NCBI GenBank assembly: GCA_964460075.1
Contig: CAYWPC010000010.1
Span: 3,102-67,101 of the forward strand
Reading direction: 5' to 3'
Length of the DNA stretch: 64,000 nucleotides
Source: an uncultured Acidimicrobiaceae bacterium
GTDB lineage: Bacteria > Actinomycetota > Acidimicrobiia > Spongiisociales > UBA5794
Made by a program: the position numbers and the translations under genes. Shown in pieces: positions 19,502 through 30,202 of the stretch; within the stretch, counting starts at the first letter, position 1, and each line of letters begins with the position of its first letter. A model generated the notes under the pieces. The model did no database searches. It was given only the letters and a program-made list of their open reading frames with translations, and was not told the DNA's origin.

Positions 19502-19870
19502 TCAGTTGGCGAGGAGTTTCTCCACCTGTACACGCAGGTCGAGCGGACGGAAGGGCTTCGTCATGAATGCATCGGCTCCACCCTTTGCCGCACGATCAGC
19601 CATTTCAGGCTGTGCGTGTGCCGTGAGAACCAGAACTTTGAGGTCTGCGGTGTCTGGTTCGGAGCGAAGTTGGCGCAGGACTTCCCAGCCGTCGAGGCCT
19701 GGGAGACCGATGTCGAGTACCACGGCATCAGGACGCTCTGCGCGTATCGCCTCAAGACCTGCCGTGCCGTCGACCGCCGAGGTCACGTCGATGCCGAGGA
19801 CACGAAGGCACACTTCAATCAGCCTTCTGACCGACGCCGAGTCTTCAATGACGAGTACTTGCTGTTGCAC
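19502..19870 (-). CDS. Single-domain response regulator (CheY-like receiver)
   Basis: VLVIEDS, VVLDIGLP (phospho-Asp), LTA and MTKPF motifs. Confidence 0.9.
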   Translation of the reverse strand: MQQQVLVIEDSASVRRLIEVCLRVLGIDVTSAVDGTAGLEAIRAERPDAVVLDIGLPGLDGWEVLRQLRSEPDTADLKVLVLTAHAQPEMADRAAKGGADAFMTKPFRPLDLRVQVEKLLAN

Positions 19871-19996
19871 CTATGGCTTATCGGCGCGTTTTTCGGTCGA
19901 CTTCAGGGTTTCGTCATGAGATTCCCTTGCACGTTTTCGGTCACGCTCGCTCACGGCGTAGCCTTAGAAGCCAAGACGTCCGACCCAGGAGACATC

Positions 19997-21544
19997 GTGT
20001 TGAGCCCGTACCGAACACAGCCCTACACCGATTTCACTCAATCAGTCAACGCAGATCGATATCGCGAAGCCATCGTCGATGTGGAGTCACAGCTGGGTGA
20101 GCGAGCGATGCTCGTGATCGCAGGCGAGCACATCGACACGGATGCATCCATCGAATCGCTGAACCCATCGGCACCGAGCCAGATCGTTGGCACGTCGGCA
20201 GCGGCGACGATCGAGCATGTGGGACGAGCGATCGATGCCGCCTGGGATGCTTTCGGTGACTGGTCGAGGCGGCCGGCGAGCGAGCGAGCCGCACTCATCC
20301 ACCGGGTTGGTGACGTGATCGCTGAGCGAACGCTGGAATTCGCGGCCTGGCAGACATTCGAGGCGGGGAAGAACTGGGCAGAGGCCGAGGCGGATGTTGC
20401 TGAAGCGATCGATTTCTGCAGGTACTACGCACACCAGGCTCTGCGACTCGACGAGCCTGTCGAGGTGTACACCTATCCAGGCGAATCGAACGAGTCATGG
20501 CTCCAACCGATCGGTGTAGGCATTGCCATTCCACCGTGGAACTTCCCGCTCGCGATATTGGTCGGTATGGCTGTCGGGCCTGTCGCAGCGGGAAACACGG
20601 TTGTACTCAAGCCGGCATCAAACACACCGCTCATCGGCTGGGAGTTCATGAAGGTCCTCGAAGAGGCCGGTCTACCTCCAGGAGTGGTGAACTATCTTCC
20701 CGGCTCCGGCGGGGTCATCGGAGATGCGTTGGTGGATCACCCGCGCACACGATTCGTCAACTTCACCGGCTCCAAGGAAGTAGGGCTCCGGATAGCTGAG
20801 CGCTCCGCAAAGGTCCACGATGGCCAGCGGTGGCTCAAGCGCGCATACATGGAGATGGGTGGCAAAGACGGCCTCATCGTCGACGACACGTGTGACCTCG
20901 ACGCCGCAGCTGTCGACGCCGTTCGCTCCGCATTTGGGTTCCAGGGGCAGAAGTGCTCGGCGTGCTCTCGGTTGATCGTGTTGGACTCGGTCCATGATGA
21001 GCTCCTCGACAAGGTCGTGAACATCACCTCAGAGCTGGTTGTCGGTCCAGCGGTCGAGAACCACCCGGTTGGTCCGGTTATCTCTGCCGCACAGCACGCC
21101 TCGATCCTTGCCGAGATCGCTGCAGGCATCGATGAGGCCTCCCTCGTCGTGGGTGGTCACGCGATTGATAGAGATGGCGGCTACTACATCGAACCGACAA
21201 TCTTCGACGGTGTCGATCCGAACGCTCGCCTCGCCCAGCACGAGATCTTCGGGCCCGTGCTGTCGGTCATCACGGTCAAGGACTTCGACGAAGCGATGGA
21301 CGTTGCCAACGGCACCGAGTTCGGCCTCACCGGTGGCCTGTACTCCAACGACGAGCAACGACTCGAGCGGGCAAAGCAAGATTTCCATGCCGGAAACCTA
21401 TATCTCAACCGAAAAATCACCGGAGCACTCGTCGGCATCCAGCCCTTTGGCGGATTCAACATGTCTGGGAGCAACGCCAAGGCAGGCGGTCCGGACTATC
21501 TGCGGTTGTTCATGGAGATGAAAAGCGTCAGTCGCCGATTGTGA
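19997..21544 (+). CDS. pruA: L-glutamate gamma-semialdehyde (P5C) dehydrogenase
   Basis: IPPWNFP, FTGSKEVG, EMGGK, FQGQKCSACS, EIFGPV and GSNAKAGGPDYL motifs. GTG start after a CAGGAG RBS; the ORF-track 5' extension is an antisense shadow. Confidence 0.92.
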   Translation: MLSPYRTQPYTDFTQSVNADRYREAIVDVESQLGERAMLVIAGEHIDTDASIESLNPSAPSQIVGTSAAATIEHVGRAIDAAWDAFGDWSRRPASERAALIHRVGDVIAERTLEFAAWQTFEAGKNWAEAEADVAEAIDFCRYYAHQALRLDEPVEVYTYPGESNESWLQPIGVGIAIPPWNFPLAILVGMAVGPVAAGNTVVLKPASNTPLIGWEFMKVLEEAGLPPGVVNYLPGSGGVIGDALVDHPRTRFVNFTGSKEVGLRIAERSAKVHDGQRWLKRAYMEMGGKDGLIVDDTCDLDAAAVDAVRSAFGFQGQKCSACSRLIVLDSVHDELLDKVVNITSELVVGPAVENHPVGPVISAAQHASILAEIAAGIDEASLVVGGHAIDRDGGYYIEPTIFDGVDPNARLAQHEIFGPVLSVITVKDFDEAMDVANGTEFGLTGGLYSNDEQRLERAKQDFHAGNLYLNRKITGALVGIQPFGGFNMSGSNAKAGGPDYLRLFMEMKSVSRRL

Positions 21545-21554
21545 ACGCCGGGGC

Positions 21555-22493
21555 CTACCCGTCGACACCTGTATAGGTGAACCAGATCACTGCGTTACCA
21601 AGCGTGTCAGACACGATGACCGTGTCACCCCCGTTCGACCACACCGGCGTGTCTGAGCACCAGTTGAGACTGTCGGGAGGTCCGCCGTCACAGCCTGTCA
21701 CCACGGTCACTGAATCACCAGGCGACAGCATCACCCCGCTCGGGAACGTGAAACGGTTCGACGAACTTTCGTCGCGAAGCGTCCAACCGGACAGGGAGAC
21801 ACGACCGTAACCCTCGTTCACAATCGTCACGTACTCCTGATCGAGCGCGTCCTCGTCTGGACCTGGCGGGTCAAACTGGATGTCGGACACTCGCACGACA
21901 GGACGGTCCGCCTTGAGTGCCTCTTCGTCGCCGCAGACCAAGGTTCCCCACATACCCTTACCTGACTGGAACGCTCTCGCCTCGAGGGCCTTGAGCATCG
22001 CCTCGTTCGGTCCACCGTTCTGGACAGCAACTGCGTTTCCCTCAGCCACCATCGTTGCGTTTATGAACTCGGGCCCATCTGCTGTCTCGAGGTACACATC
22101 GCGAAGCAGTCGCCCGAATTGGTCTGTGTCGTTCTCGCCGGAAACGAGGACGAGCTCCTTGCCGGAGAGGCGCGAGAGCATCAGTGCCGTGGCTTCAGAG
22201 CCCCAGCACTCCGTCCGCTCCGGGGCGTTGATACCCTCGAGCCGCACTTCGACAGTTGCTCCCTTGACGATCATCGAGAGCGTGTCACCGTCTGTGACGG
22301 ACACGACCGTGCCGACCTCCTGCTCTTCGGGTGGGGGGAGTGTCAGCGTTGTCGTGGAGACACCCGAGCCGTCAGGCAAGGTGGTTGCGGTGATCGTCGT
22401 CTCTGTGAACTCTGGCGGCAGCGGTCGCGTCGACGTACATGCTGCGGCCACGAGGGCTAAGGCCAATCCAACGAGTACAACCGATTTGGACAT
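21555..22493 (-). CDS. Lipoprotein: thermonuclease (SNase) fused to a lamin-tail domain
   Basis: Lipobox VAAAC; Thr-rich linker; SNase VTDGDT, VRLEGINAPE, DQFGRLLR; LTD EYVTIVN, LSGWTLRD, VWSNGGD. Confidence 0.85.
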   Translation of the reverse strand: MSKSVVLVGLALALVAAACTSTRPLPPEFTETTITATTLPDGSGVSTTTLTLPPPEEQEVGTVVSVTDGDTLSMIVKGATVEVRLEGINAPERTECWGSEATALMLSRLSGKELVLVSGENDTDQFGRLLRDVYLETADGPEFINATMVAEGNAVAVQNGGPNEAMLKALEARAFQSGKGMWGTLVCGDEEALKADRPVVRVSDIQFDPPGPDEDALDQEYVTIVNEGYGRVSLSGWTLRDESSSNRFTFPSGVMLSPGDSVTVVTGCDGGPPDSLNWCSDTPVWSNGGDTVIVSDTLGNAVIWFTYTGVDG

Positions 22494-22579
22494 GCCTGAA
22501 CGGTACAACGGGTTCTCAGAAACTCGTGGTTGTTCAGTCCTAGGATGCGTCACCTACGCGTATTCGGGAGGATCTAGTC

Positions 22580-23344
22580 ATGGGTAACCCGTTCGATCTC
22601 ACGGGAAAGGTGGCCCTTGTCACAGGGGGAAACAGCGGCATCGGGCTTGCAATGGCTGAGGGTCTTCAAGCCGCAGGCGCAAGGGTCGCGATCTGGGGCA
22701 GAAACGAGGACCGCAACGTCACCGCCCTTGAGCGTGTGCAGCGGCTGGGCGGAGACGCCGTTGCGATGGGGGTCGACGTTGCAGACGAACAGGCGGTCAT
22801 CGACGGTTTCGCGGCGGTGCTCGACGCATTCGGACAGGTCGACGCGGTGTTCGCAAACGCCGGCGCAGGAGCAGGAGCCACTCCGTTCCACGAGATGAGC
22901 ACACAAGAGTGGCGCGGACTATTCAAGGTGAACGTCGACGGTGTCTTCTGGACGTTCCGCGAAGCAATTAGGCACATGCAACCCCGCGGGTCGGGCTCGC
23001 TGGTCGCGACATCGTCGGTATCTGCAGACATGGGTTTCCCTAGGGGTGAACACTACGCAGCCACCAAGGCAGGAGTTCGAGCTGTGGTTCAGGGCATCGC
23101 GGTCGAATACGGCAAGTACGGGATCCGAGCCAATGCGATCTCTCCTGGATGGGTAGTCACCGGCATGACGGACGGCTTCATAGAGGGTGATCGTTTCGAA
23201 GCCACGGTCAAGCCGAGGATTCCGCTCGGCCGATGGGGGAGACCGGAGGACTTCGCTGGGATCGCCGTGTATCTCGCCTCTGACGCCTCGCGGTGGCACA
23301 CGGGGGATACGATCACGATCGACGGCGGCTATCTCTACAAATAG
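22580..23344 (+). CDS. SDR-family oxidoreductase
   Basis: TGGNSGIG, ANAG and YAATK motifs. Confidence 0.92.
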   Translation: MGNPFDLTGKVALVTGGNSGIGLAMAEGLQAAGARVAIWGRNEDRNVTALERVQRLGGDAVAMGVDVADEQAVIDGFAAVLDAFGQVDAVFANAGAGAGATPFHEMSTQEWRGLFKVNVDGVFWTFREAIRHMQPRGSGSLVATSSVSADMGFPRGEHYAATKAGVRAVVQGIAVEYGKYGIRANAISPGWVVTGMTDGFIEGDRFEATVKPRIPLGRWGRPEDFAGIAVYLASDASRWHTGDTITIDGGYLYK

Positions 23345-23396
23345 CAGCTTGAGGCACCCCTACAATAAGTGAACGGCGGATAACAATCGAGGAAAC

Positions 23397-24311
23397 ATGA
23401 TCACGTTCGATGAACAGGTTGCAATCGTTACCGGGGCAGGCCAAGGTCTCGGACGTTCACACGCATTGGCCCTTGGTGCGCGTGGCGCACGCGTTGTCGT
23501 TAACGACCTCGGTGGCGCACGCGACGGTACCGGCGCATCGCTCACAGCTGCCGAGACAGTCGTTGCAGAGATCGTTGCCGCCGGGGGCGAAGCCATGGCT
23601 AGCGGTGCAGACATCACCGATCCAGGGGCCGTGGAAGCCATGGTCGAGGAAGCCGTGGATCGCTGGGGTCGTGTGGATGTTCTGATCAACAACGCAGGGA
23701 TCTTGAGGGACAAGACGTTCGCCAACATGGAGCGGGCCGATTTCGATATGGTCGTCAACGTCCATCTGAGGGGCACAGCCATCTGCACAAAGGCGGTGTG
23801 GGGCCTGATGCGCGATCGTGGGTATGGCAGGATTCTCGTCACGACGTCGTCCTCCGGTTTGTACGGGAATTTCGGCCAAGCGAACTACGGCGCAGCGAAG
23901 CTCGGCATCGTCGGACTCATGAACACACTGCGGGCCGAGGGCGGTAAGTACGACATTCGAGTCAACGCACTTGCACCGGTAGCGCACACTCGCATGACAG
24001 ACGATCTCTTGCCGGAGGAGGCCAAGCAACTTCTACGCCCACAGGAGGTAACGCCGGCTGTGGTGTACCTCGTGTCGAAGGACGCGCCCAACGGCATCAT
24101 CCTTGCCGCGGGTGCGGGCGGTTTTGCTGCAGTGAGGATCTATGAGACCGACGGCATCTGGCTAGAGGAACAGGACCGAACCCCTGAGACGATTCAGGCC
24201 AGGATGGACGACATCCTCGACCCGGCGGGACAGCAGGAGTTCACCGCTGGAGGGGAACAGTCGATGAAGTTCCTCGGCAAAGCCATGGAAGGCGCACAGA
24301 TCTCGGACTGA
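23397..24311 (+). CDS. SDR, (3R)-hydroxyacyl-CoA dehydrogenase type (MFE-2-like)
   Basis: [22 protein letters not shown] and [12 protein letters not shown] motifs. Confidence 0.9.
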   Translation: MITFDEQVAIVTGAGQGLGRSHALALGARGARVVVNDLGGARDGTGASLTAAETVVAEIVAAGGEAMASGADITDPGAVEAMVEEAVDRWGRVDVLINNAGILRDKTFANMERADFDMVVNVHLRGTAICTKAVWGLMRDRGYGRILVTTSSSGLYGNFGQANYGAAKLGIVGLMNTLRAEGGKYDIRVNALAPVAHTRMTDDLLPEEAKQLLRPQEVTPAVVYLVSKDAPNGIILAAGAGGFAAVRIYETDGIWLEEQDRTPETIQARMDDILDPAGQQEFTAGGEQSMKFLGKAMEGAQISD

Positions 24312-24321
24312 GGAGGGCAAT

Positions 24322-25503
24322 ATGAAGGAAGCGGTCATCGTATCGGCTGCGAGGACGCCCATCGGCAAGGCATATCGCGGCGCCTTCAACAACCTAGAAG
24401 CTCCGAGCCTTGCTGCGGTTCCGATCAGGGCCGCGGTTGAGCGCTGCGGCGTCGAACCGGGAGAAGTCGATGATGTGATCATGGGATGCGCCATGACCCA
24501 GGGCACACAGTTCCCGAACATCGGTCGTCTCAGCGCGCTCGCGGCGGACCTTCCTACGTCCGTGAGCGGCATGACGATCGATCGTCAATGTTCCTCAGGC
24601 ATGATGGCGATCGCAACAGCGGCCAAGCAAGTCATGTGCGACGGCATGGACATCGTGATTGCCGGTGGCGTCGAATCGATATCGCTCGCACAAAACGAGC
24701 ACACGAACACGTGGAGAATGATAGATCCAGCGCTCATCGAGAAGCATCCAGCTGCCTACATGCCGATGATCGCAACGGCGGACGTGGTCGCTGAGCGATT
24801 CGAGATTTCGAGAGAGGCGCAAGACGCATACGGCTATCAGTCCCAGATGCGTACCGCCGCAGCCCAGGAGGCAGGTGCGTTCGACGAGGAGATCGTGTCC
24901 GTCACAGCTACCAAGATGCTCGTGAACCGCGAGACTGGTGCGTCGACATACGAAGAAGTGACCCTGAGCAAGGACGAAGGCAACAGGCCGTCGACCACGG
25001 TTGAGGGCCTTGCAAGTCTCGGACCTGTAACCGTTGGTGGGACCATCACAGCGGGGAATGCGAGCCAACTCTCAGACGGTGCCGCTGCCACGGTCGTGAT
25101 GGATGCCGCGCTTGCAGAGCAGCGCGGTTTGGAGCCACTTGGCTACTACCGGGGCATGGCTGTCGCCGGCGTCGACCCAGACATCATGGGAATCGGCCCC
25201 GTGTACGCCGTACCCAAGTTGCTCGAGAACACTGGTCTCACGATGGACGACGTCGATCTGTGGGAACTGAATGAAGCGTTCGCCGTTCAGGTGATCTACT
25301 GCCGTGACCAGCTGGGGATTCCCAACGAGAAGCTCAATGTCCATGGCGGTGCCATCTCGATTGGCCATCCGTACGGGATGACCGGTGCGCGAATGGTTAT
25401 GCATGCCCTGATCGAAGGGAAGAAACGCGGGGCCCGATACGTCGTTGCGACCATGTGCGTCGGCGGAGGGATGGGAGCTGCCGGCCTGTTCGAGGTTGCG
25501 TGA
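24322..25503 (+). CDS. Acetyl-CoA C-acyltransferase (thiolase)
   Basis: [19 protein letters not shown] and CVGGG motifs. Confidence 0.95.
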   Translation: MKEAVIVSAARTPIGKAYRGAFNNLEAPSLAAVPIRAAVERCGVEPGEVDDVIMGCAMTQGTQFPNIGRLSALAADLPTSVSGMTIDRQCSSGMMAIATAAKQVMCDGMDIVIAGGVESISLAQNEHTNTWRMIDPALIEKHPAAYMPMIATADVVAERFEISREAQDAYGYQSQMRTAAAQEAGAFDEEIVSVTATKMLVNRETGASTYEEVTLSKDEGNRPSTTVEGLASLGPVTVGGTITAGNASQLSDGAAATVVMDAALAEQRGLEPLGYYRGMAVAGVDPDIMGIGPVYAVPKLLENTGLTMDDVDLWELNEAFAVQVIYCRDQLGIPNEKLNVHGGAISIGHPYGMTGARMVMHALIEGKKRGARYVVATMCVGGGMGAAGLFEVA

Positions 25504-26513
25504 TGCGGGCGGTTCGCTGTGTCGAGCTCGGTCCATTCACGAACCTTGAACTCGTAGACATACCAGACACGGAGGTCGGCAAGGGTCAGATACGTATCGC
25601 GATGCGTGCAGCCAGCCTCAACTTTCCCGATCTCCTCGTGGTTCAGGGCCTGTACCAGATCAAGGCTGATCCTCCGTTTACGCCTGGCGCCGAAGGTGCA
25701 GGTGTGGTCTCGGAGGTGGGCGAGGGCGTCCAACACCACCAGGTTGGCGATCGGGTAGCTGCCGTCGGGGCAACGGGTGCGTTTGCGGACCAATGGGTCA
25801 TCGATGCCGACGCAGCGACGCAGATCCCGGACGGTGTCGACTTCATTACCGCTGCGTCACTCATCTTGGCGTACGGAACGTCGTATCACGCTCTGGTGCA
25901 ACGAGCCAACCTTCGAGAAGGTGAGACCCTGCTCGTACTCGGCGCAGCCGGTGGCGTTGGAGCCGCGGCAGTTGAGCTTGGCAAAGCCATGGGCGCCACC
26001 GTGATTGCAGCGGCGAGCACTGCGGCCAAGCTCGACTTCTGTCGTTCCCTTGGTGCGGATTCGGTCATCAACTACTCGGAGGAGAATCTCAAAGATCAGG
26101 TGAAGACGCTCACGGGAGGCCGCGGCGTCGATGTGGTCTTTGATCCGGTGGGAGGGGACCTGTCCGAGCGGGCGCTTCGCTCCATTGCTTGGAAGGGACG
26201 GTATTTGGTGATCGGGTTTGCCGCGGGAGACATTCCCAAGATCTCACTCAACCTTCCGCTGCTCAAGGGTGCCTCGATCGTCGGAGTGTGGTGGGGGTCG
26301 TTCGTTCAGCACGAGCCGGAGGTCAATGATGCGAACCGTTCGGCGATCTTCGACATGTTGGCAAGCGGCTCGCTCAGCCCCCGCATCACCAACGTGTACC
26401 CTCTCGCCGAGTACAGGGAGGCGTTCGACATGCTCGCCTCGCGTCGTGCGATGGGCAAGGTCGTCCTGAGTATTAGCGACCCGTCAGGCGTCGGGCACCA
26501 CGAAGGCCTGTAG
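25503..26513 (+). CDS. NADPH:quinone oxidoreductase family (MDR)
   Basis: LNFPD, PGAEGAG, GAAGGVG and DVVFDPVGG motifs; ATG overlaps the thiolase stop. Confidence 0.9.
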   Translation: MRAVRCVELGPFTNLELVDIPDTEVGKGQIRIAMRAASLNFPDLLVVQGLYQIKADPPFTPGAEGAGVVSEVGEGVQHHQVGDRVAAVGATGAFADQWVIDADAATQIPDGVDFITAASLILAYGTSYHALVQRANLREGETLLVLGAAGGVGAAAVELGKAMGATVIAAASTAAKLDFCRSLGADSVINYSEENLKDQVKTLTGGRGVDVVFDPVGGDLSERALRSIAWKGRYLVIGFAAGDIPKISLNLPLLKGASIVGVWWGSFVQHEPEVNDANRSAIFDMLASGSLSPRITNVYPLAEYREAFDMLASRRAMGKVVLSISDPSGVGHHEGL

Positions 26514-27305
26514 CTTCCGCATCCCTACGAGCCACCGGTCGTAGTCGTTCGCTTTTCGCTGAAAGTACTCACCGACCACTGCGTGGGGGAGGATCAGGAA
26601 CCGCTCTTCTGCGATCCCCTGAACGACGGCTTCCGCCACATCCTCGGCGGTGATCGCGTTCTCCCTCACCCACGTCTGCATCTCGAGCGTGTGGCCACCA
26701 AAGGCCTCGAGCATCGGGGTATCGACAAACTGCGGGCAGAGGCAGGAGACCTTGATGCCCCGGTCACCGTAGGTGACGGCGATCCACTCGGCGAGAGCGA
26801 CCGCTGCATGCTTCGTAACGGAGTACGGTGCCGCTCCGATGTTGGTGAGCAGCCCCGCGGCGGATGCCGTCGTCAGTATGTAGCCGTCGCCGCGAGCGAG
26901 CATCCCAGGGAGCGCGTGGCGTGTCGCGTACACATGCGCCATGACGTTCACATCCCAGGTTCTCTGCCAGTCGGCGTTCGTTGCATCGACCGACCCGTCG
27001 GTTGGGATCCCAGCGTTCAAGCAGAGGAGGTCGATCCGCCCATACGTCGATTCCACGTGTTGGACGACGGAGCGCGTTTGGTCCTCGTTTGTCACGTCGA
27101 GTGCCATGGCTTCGCCGTGGACCGCACTGGCAACCGCGGCTGCTCCCTCTGCATCAACGTCGGTGACTATGACCGCTCCCGCGCCACCGTCTGCGAACCG
27201 TTTCGCCATTGCAGCGCCTATACCGCCGGCGCCGCCCGTGATGACGACGACTTTCTCTCTGATGTCCAAGGATGTCCTCTGATCGCTCAGGAGTGATACT
27301 GCCAT
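26484..27305 (-). CDS. SDR-family oxidoreductase
   Basis: TGGAGGIG, LNAG and YSVTK motifs; exact start uncertain. Confidence 0.88.
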   Translation of the reverse strand: MAVSLLSDQRTSLDIREKVVVITGGAGGIGAAMAKRFADGGAGAVIVTDVDAEGAAAVASAVHGEAMALDVTNEDQTRSVVQHVESTYGRIDLLCLNAGIPTDGSVDATNADWQRTWDVNVMAHVYATRHALPGMLARGDGYILTTASAAGLLTNIGAAPYSVTKHAAVALAEWIAVTYGDRGIKVSCLCPQFVDTPMLEAFGGHTLEMQTWVRENAITAEDVAEAVVQGIAEERFLILPHAVVGEYFQRKANDYDRWLVGMRKLQAFVVPDA

Positions 27306-27372
27306 CTTCGGTCGACCTACGGAGGAGTATGCCGAGTAAACTGCCGTTCACAAGTAGCGAGAGAAGGATGCC

Positions 27373-27840
27373 ATGACAACCGTTCCCATCGATCAACTCT
27401 CCTCGTACATCGGCACCGAGATAGGGCGGTCCGACTGGTTCACCGTGGACCAGGCTCGAATCGATGCTTTCGCCGACGCCACGCTGGACAATCAGTGGAT
27501 TCACGTCGAAGGCGACGCTGCCGCGTCCGGACCATTCGGCAGACCGATCGCTCACGGTTTCTTGACCTTGTCGATGCTGAGCCACCTCACGGGGAACGCC
27601 TCAATCGTTCCTGAGGGTGCAGCGATGCTTATCAATTACGGCAGCGACAAGGTGCGCTTTCTCGCTCCGGTACGAGTCGGCTCGAACATCAGGGCGGTCT
27701 CGACACTGAAGGAGGTCAGGGAGCGGTCCTCGGGCCAATACCTCATGACCTCCAACATCGTGGTCGAGATCGAGGGAGAACAGACTCCAGCGCTCGTGGC
27801 GGATATCTTGACCCTTGCGGTAATGGCACCAACTGCGTAG
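27373..27840 (+). CDS. MaoC-family dehydratase
   Basis: FADATLDNQWIH, IAHGFLTLS and NYGSDKVRFLAPV motifs. Confidence 0.92.
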   Translation: MTTVPIDQLSSYIGTEIGRSDWFTVDQARIDAFADATLDNQWIHVEGDAAASGPFGRPIAHGFLTLSMLSHLTGNASIVPEGAAMLINYGSDKVRFLAPVRVGSNIRAVSTLKEVRERSSGQYLMTSNIVVEIEGEQTPALVADILTLAVMAPTA

Positions 27841-27875
27841 TCGCAACAGCTACGCACACACCGGGAGATATCTAC

Positions 27876-29081
27876 GTGACAGACACAACACACGACGCAG
27901 GGGTCGTCGAGGAAGCCATCGACCGACTACTCGCCGACTTCCCACCCGATGCCACCGACACCAAGTTGTTCTGGGGCGCCCAGTTTGACGCAGGCCTAGC
28001 GTTCGTGGACTTTCCAGTCGGCCACGGTGGCCTCGGCGTGTCACCCAAGCACCGCGAGACTATTGCGAGAAGACTCACAGAAGCGGGTGCGCCGACTTGG
28101 AATCGTTTGGCGAACGTTCTCGGCATCGGCATGGGGTCTGGTGTACTCGCTGCACACGGAACGGAAGCACAGATGACTCGCTGGCTGCGCCCGATGTTCA
28201 CCATGGACGAGATCTGGTGCCAGATGTTCTCCGAGCCTGGCGCAGGCTCGGATCTTGCCGGTCTATCGACCCGTGCGGTCAAGGACGGTGACGAATGGGT
28301 CGTCAACGGCCAGAAGGTGTGGACCACACTCGCCCACCTCGCCAAGTGGGGGATGCTCGTGGCGCGAACGGACCCCGATCAGCCAAAGCACAAGGGACTC
28401 ACCTACTTCATCGTCGACATGGAGGCAGAGGGGATCGACATTCGGCCTCTGTACCAGATCACGGGTGAAGCGGAGTTCAACGAGGTGTTCTTCGACGACG
28501 CCAGGATCCCCGACACTTTCAGGATCGACGACGTTGGTGCCGGTTGGCGGGTGGCGATGACAACGCTGATGAACGAGCGGGTAGCCATTGGCGGCAACAC
28601 AGTACCGAGAAACCACGGTGCCATTGGTGTAGCAATACAGACGTGGAAGACGTCCGGCTCTCGCGATGAGGCGACGAGGCGTGAGTTGGTTCGGCTATGG
28701 GGAGAGGTCGAGGCACTCCGTCTCACGACGCTTCGAGCCACCGAGGCGATGGAGGCAGGTGTGCCTGGACCTGAAGGATCGACAGGGAAGCTCGCGTGGG
28801 CCGATCTGAACAAAGAGGTCACATCCTTCACTGTTTCGATGCTCGGACTCGAAGGCGCAACCATCCCAGAGAGCTACACACTCGAAGCGACCACCTACGA
28901 CACTCGGGAGGTTGAGCGGGTCATGAGCCCCCAGAGACAGTTCTTGCGGGCTCGTGCCAACAGCATCGAGGGTGGCACATCAGAGATCATGCGCAACATT
29001 CTTGGCGAACGAGTGTTGGGCCTCCCAGGAGAACCTCGGGTCGACAAGGAGATTCCATGGAAGGAGGTCCCACGTGGCTGA
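27876..29081 (+). CDS. Acyl-CoA dehydrogenase (heterotetramer alpha-type)
   Basis: WCQMFSEPGAGSDLA, VNGQKVWT, FNEVFF and IEGGTSEI motifs. Confidence 0.93.
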   Translation: MTDTTHDAGVVEEAIDRLLADFPPDATDTKLFWGAQFDAGLAFVDFPVGHGGLGVSPKHRETIARRLTEAGAPTWNRLANVLGIGMGSGVLAAHGTEAQMTRWLRPMFTMDEIWCQMFSEPGAGSDLAGLSTRAVKDGDEWVVNGQKVWTTLAHLAKWGMLVARTDPDQPKHKGLTYFIVDMEAEGIDIRPLYQITGEAEFNEVFFDDARIPDTFRIDDVGAGWRVAMTTLMNERVAIGGNTVPRNHGAIGVAIQTWKTSGSRDEATRRELVRLWGEVEALRLTTLRATEAMEAGVPGPEGSTGKLAWADLNKEVTSFTVSMLGLEGATIPESYTLEATTYDTREVERVMSPQRQFLRARANSIEGGTSEIMRNILGERVLGLPGEPRVDKEIPWKEVPRG

Positions 29082-30198
29082 TGCAATCACGTTTCAACGC
29101 AGCGAAGAACAGTCGATGCTCGCGAGCACACTTCGTGCATTCCTCGAAGAGCACACGAGTCTCGACAAGGTTCGTGATATGTCTCTCACGCTCGATGCGT
29201 TCGACAAGACGGCATGGGAGGGTCTTGCTGAGATGGGCGTCATCGGTCTCACCATCCCAGAGGTCTTTGGTGGTGCCGGCTGCGGGCTCGCCGAGATGGC
29301 GGTCGTGTTCGAGGAGCTCGGCCGGATGGTGACACCATCACCGCTCCTCTCCTCGTTGCTTGCGTCGACTGCGATCCTGGAGGCAGCATCGGAAGATCAG
29401 AAGGCAGCATTCCTCCCGTCCATAGCGTCTGGGGAGACGATCGCGACCCTTGCAGTCTTCGAGGATGCCCACAGCGTGGACCTCACCGATATTGGAACGG
29501 TTGCCCAGCCCGACAACGGTGGGTGGGTGATTGGTGGGACCAAGCGTTTCGTCACCGATGCTCCGAATGCAGACCTATTCATCGTCACCGCACGCGTCAG
29601 GGACGGCGTTGGACTGTTTGCCATTGACGCTGAAGCTGACGGTGTCACCGTGCTCGCAACACCGTCTCTGGACGCTACTCGCCCACTCGGAGAGGTCGTG
29701 TTGAGCGGCGTGCGTGTGGCAGCAGCCGCATATCTGGGTGAAGCCGCACATCCCGAAGCTGTTCGGCTGGCACTCGACGTTGGCGTCGTGGCGCTCGCGC
29801 AGGAGCAGGTTGGAGGCGCCCAGCGTTGCCTGGAGATCGCCGTCGACCATGCCAAGACGAGATATCAGTTCGGGAGAGCTATCGGTTCCTTCCAGGCTGT
29901 CAAGCACACCTGTGCGAACATGCTCGTAGCGGTCGAGCATGCGAAATCTGTTGCTTGGCACGCTGCGCGGTCGATTGAGGATCCATCTGAGGCGTCGATC
30001 GCTGTGCCACTCGCGAAGTCCGTTTGCTCTGATGCATACGTGAGGGTCGCAGGTGACACGATTCAGGTTCTCGGCGGCATAGGCTTCACTTGGGAGCACG
30101 ACGCACATCTCTATTTCAAGCGAGCGAAGTCGACGGCGCTCCTTCTCGGATCCGTCGGCAGTTATCGGGATCGTCTCGGTGCCTCGATAGGGGTGTGA
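29074..30198 (+). CDS. Acyl-CoA dehydrogenase (partner subunit)
   Basis: GTKRFV, RYQFGRAIGSFQAVKH and QVLGGIGFTWEH motifs; GTG start after a GGAGG RBS. Confidence 0.92.
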   Translation: MADAITFQRSEEQSMLASTLRAFLEEHTSLDKVRDMSLTLDAFDKTAWEGLAEMGVIGLTIPEVFGGAGCGLAEMAVVFEELGRMVTPSPLLSSLLASTAILEAASEDQKAAFLPSIASGETIATLAVFEDAHSVDLTDIGTVAQPDNGGWVIGGTKRFVTDAPNADLFIVTARVRDGVGLFAIDAEADGVTVLATPSLDATRPLGEVVLSGVRVAAAAYLGEAAHPEAVRLALDVGVVALAQEQVGGAQRCLEIAVDHAKTRYQFGRAIGSFQAVKHTCANMLVAVEHAKSVAWHAARSIEDPSEASIAVPLAKSVCSDAYVRVAGDTIQVLGGIGFTWEHDAHLYFKRAKSTALLLGSVGSYRDRLGASIGV

Positions 30199-30202
30199 CC
30201 TC

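Noticed and set aside
18572-19996. 990-aa version of PruA (and similar long extensions of msiK, pyk, recG, adnA and the M90 peptidase)
   Set aside because: The extensions are open antisense or intergenic frames over real genes; homology and start signals begin downstream.
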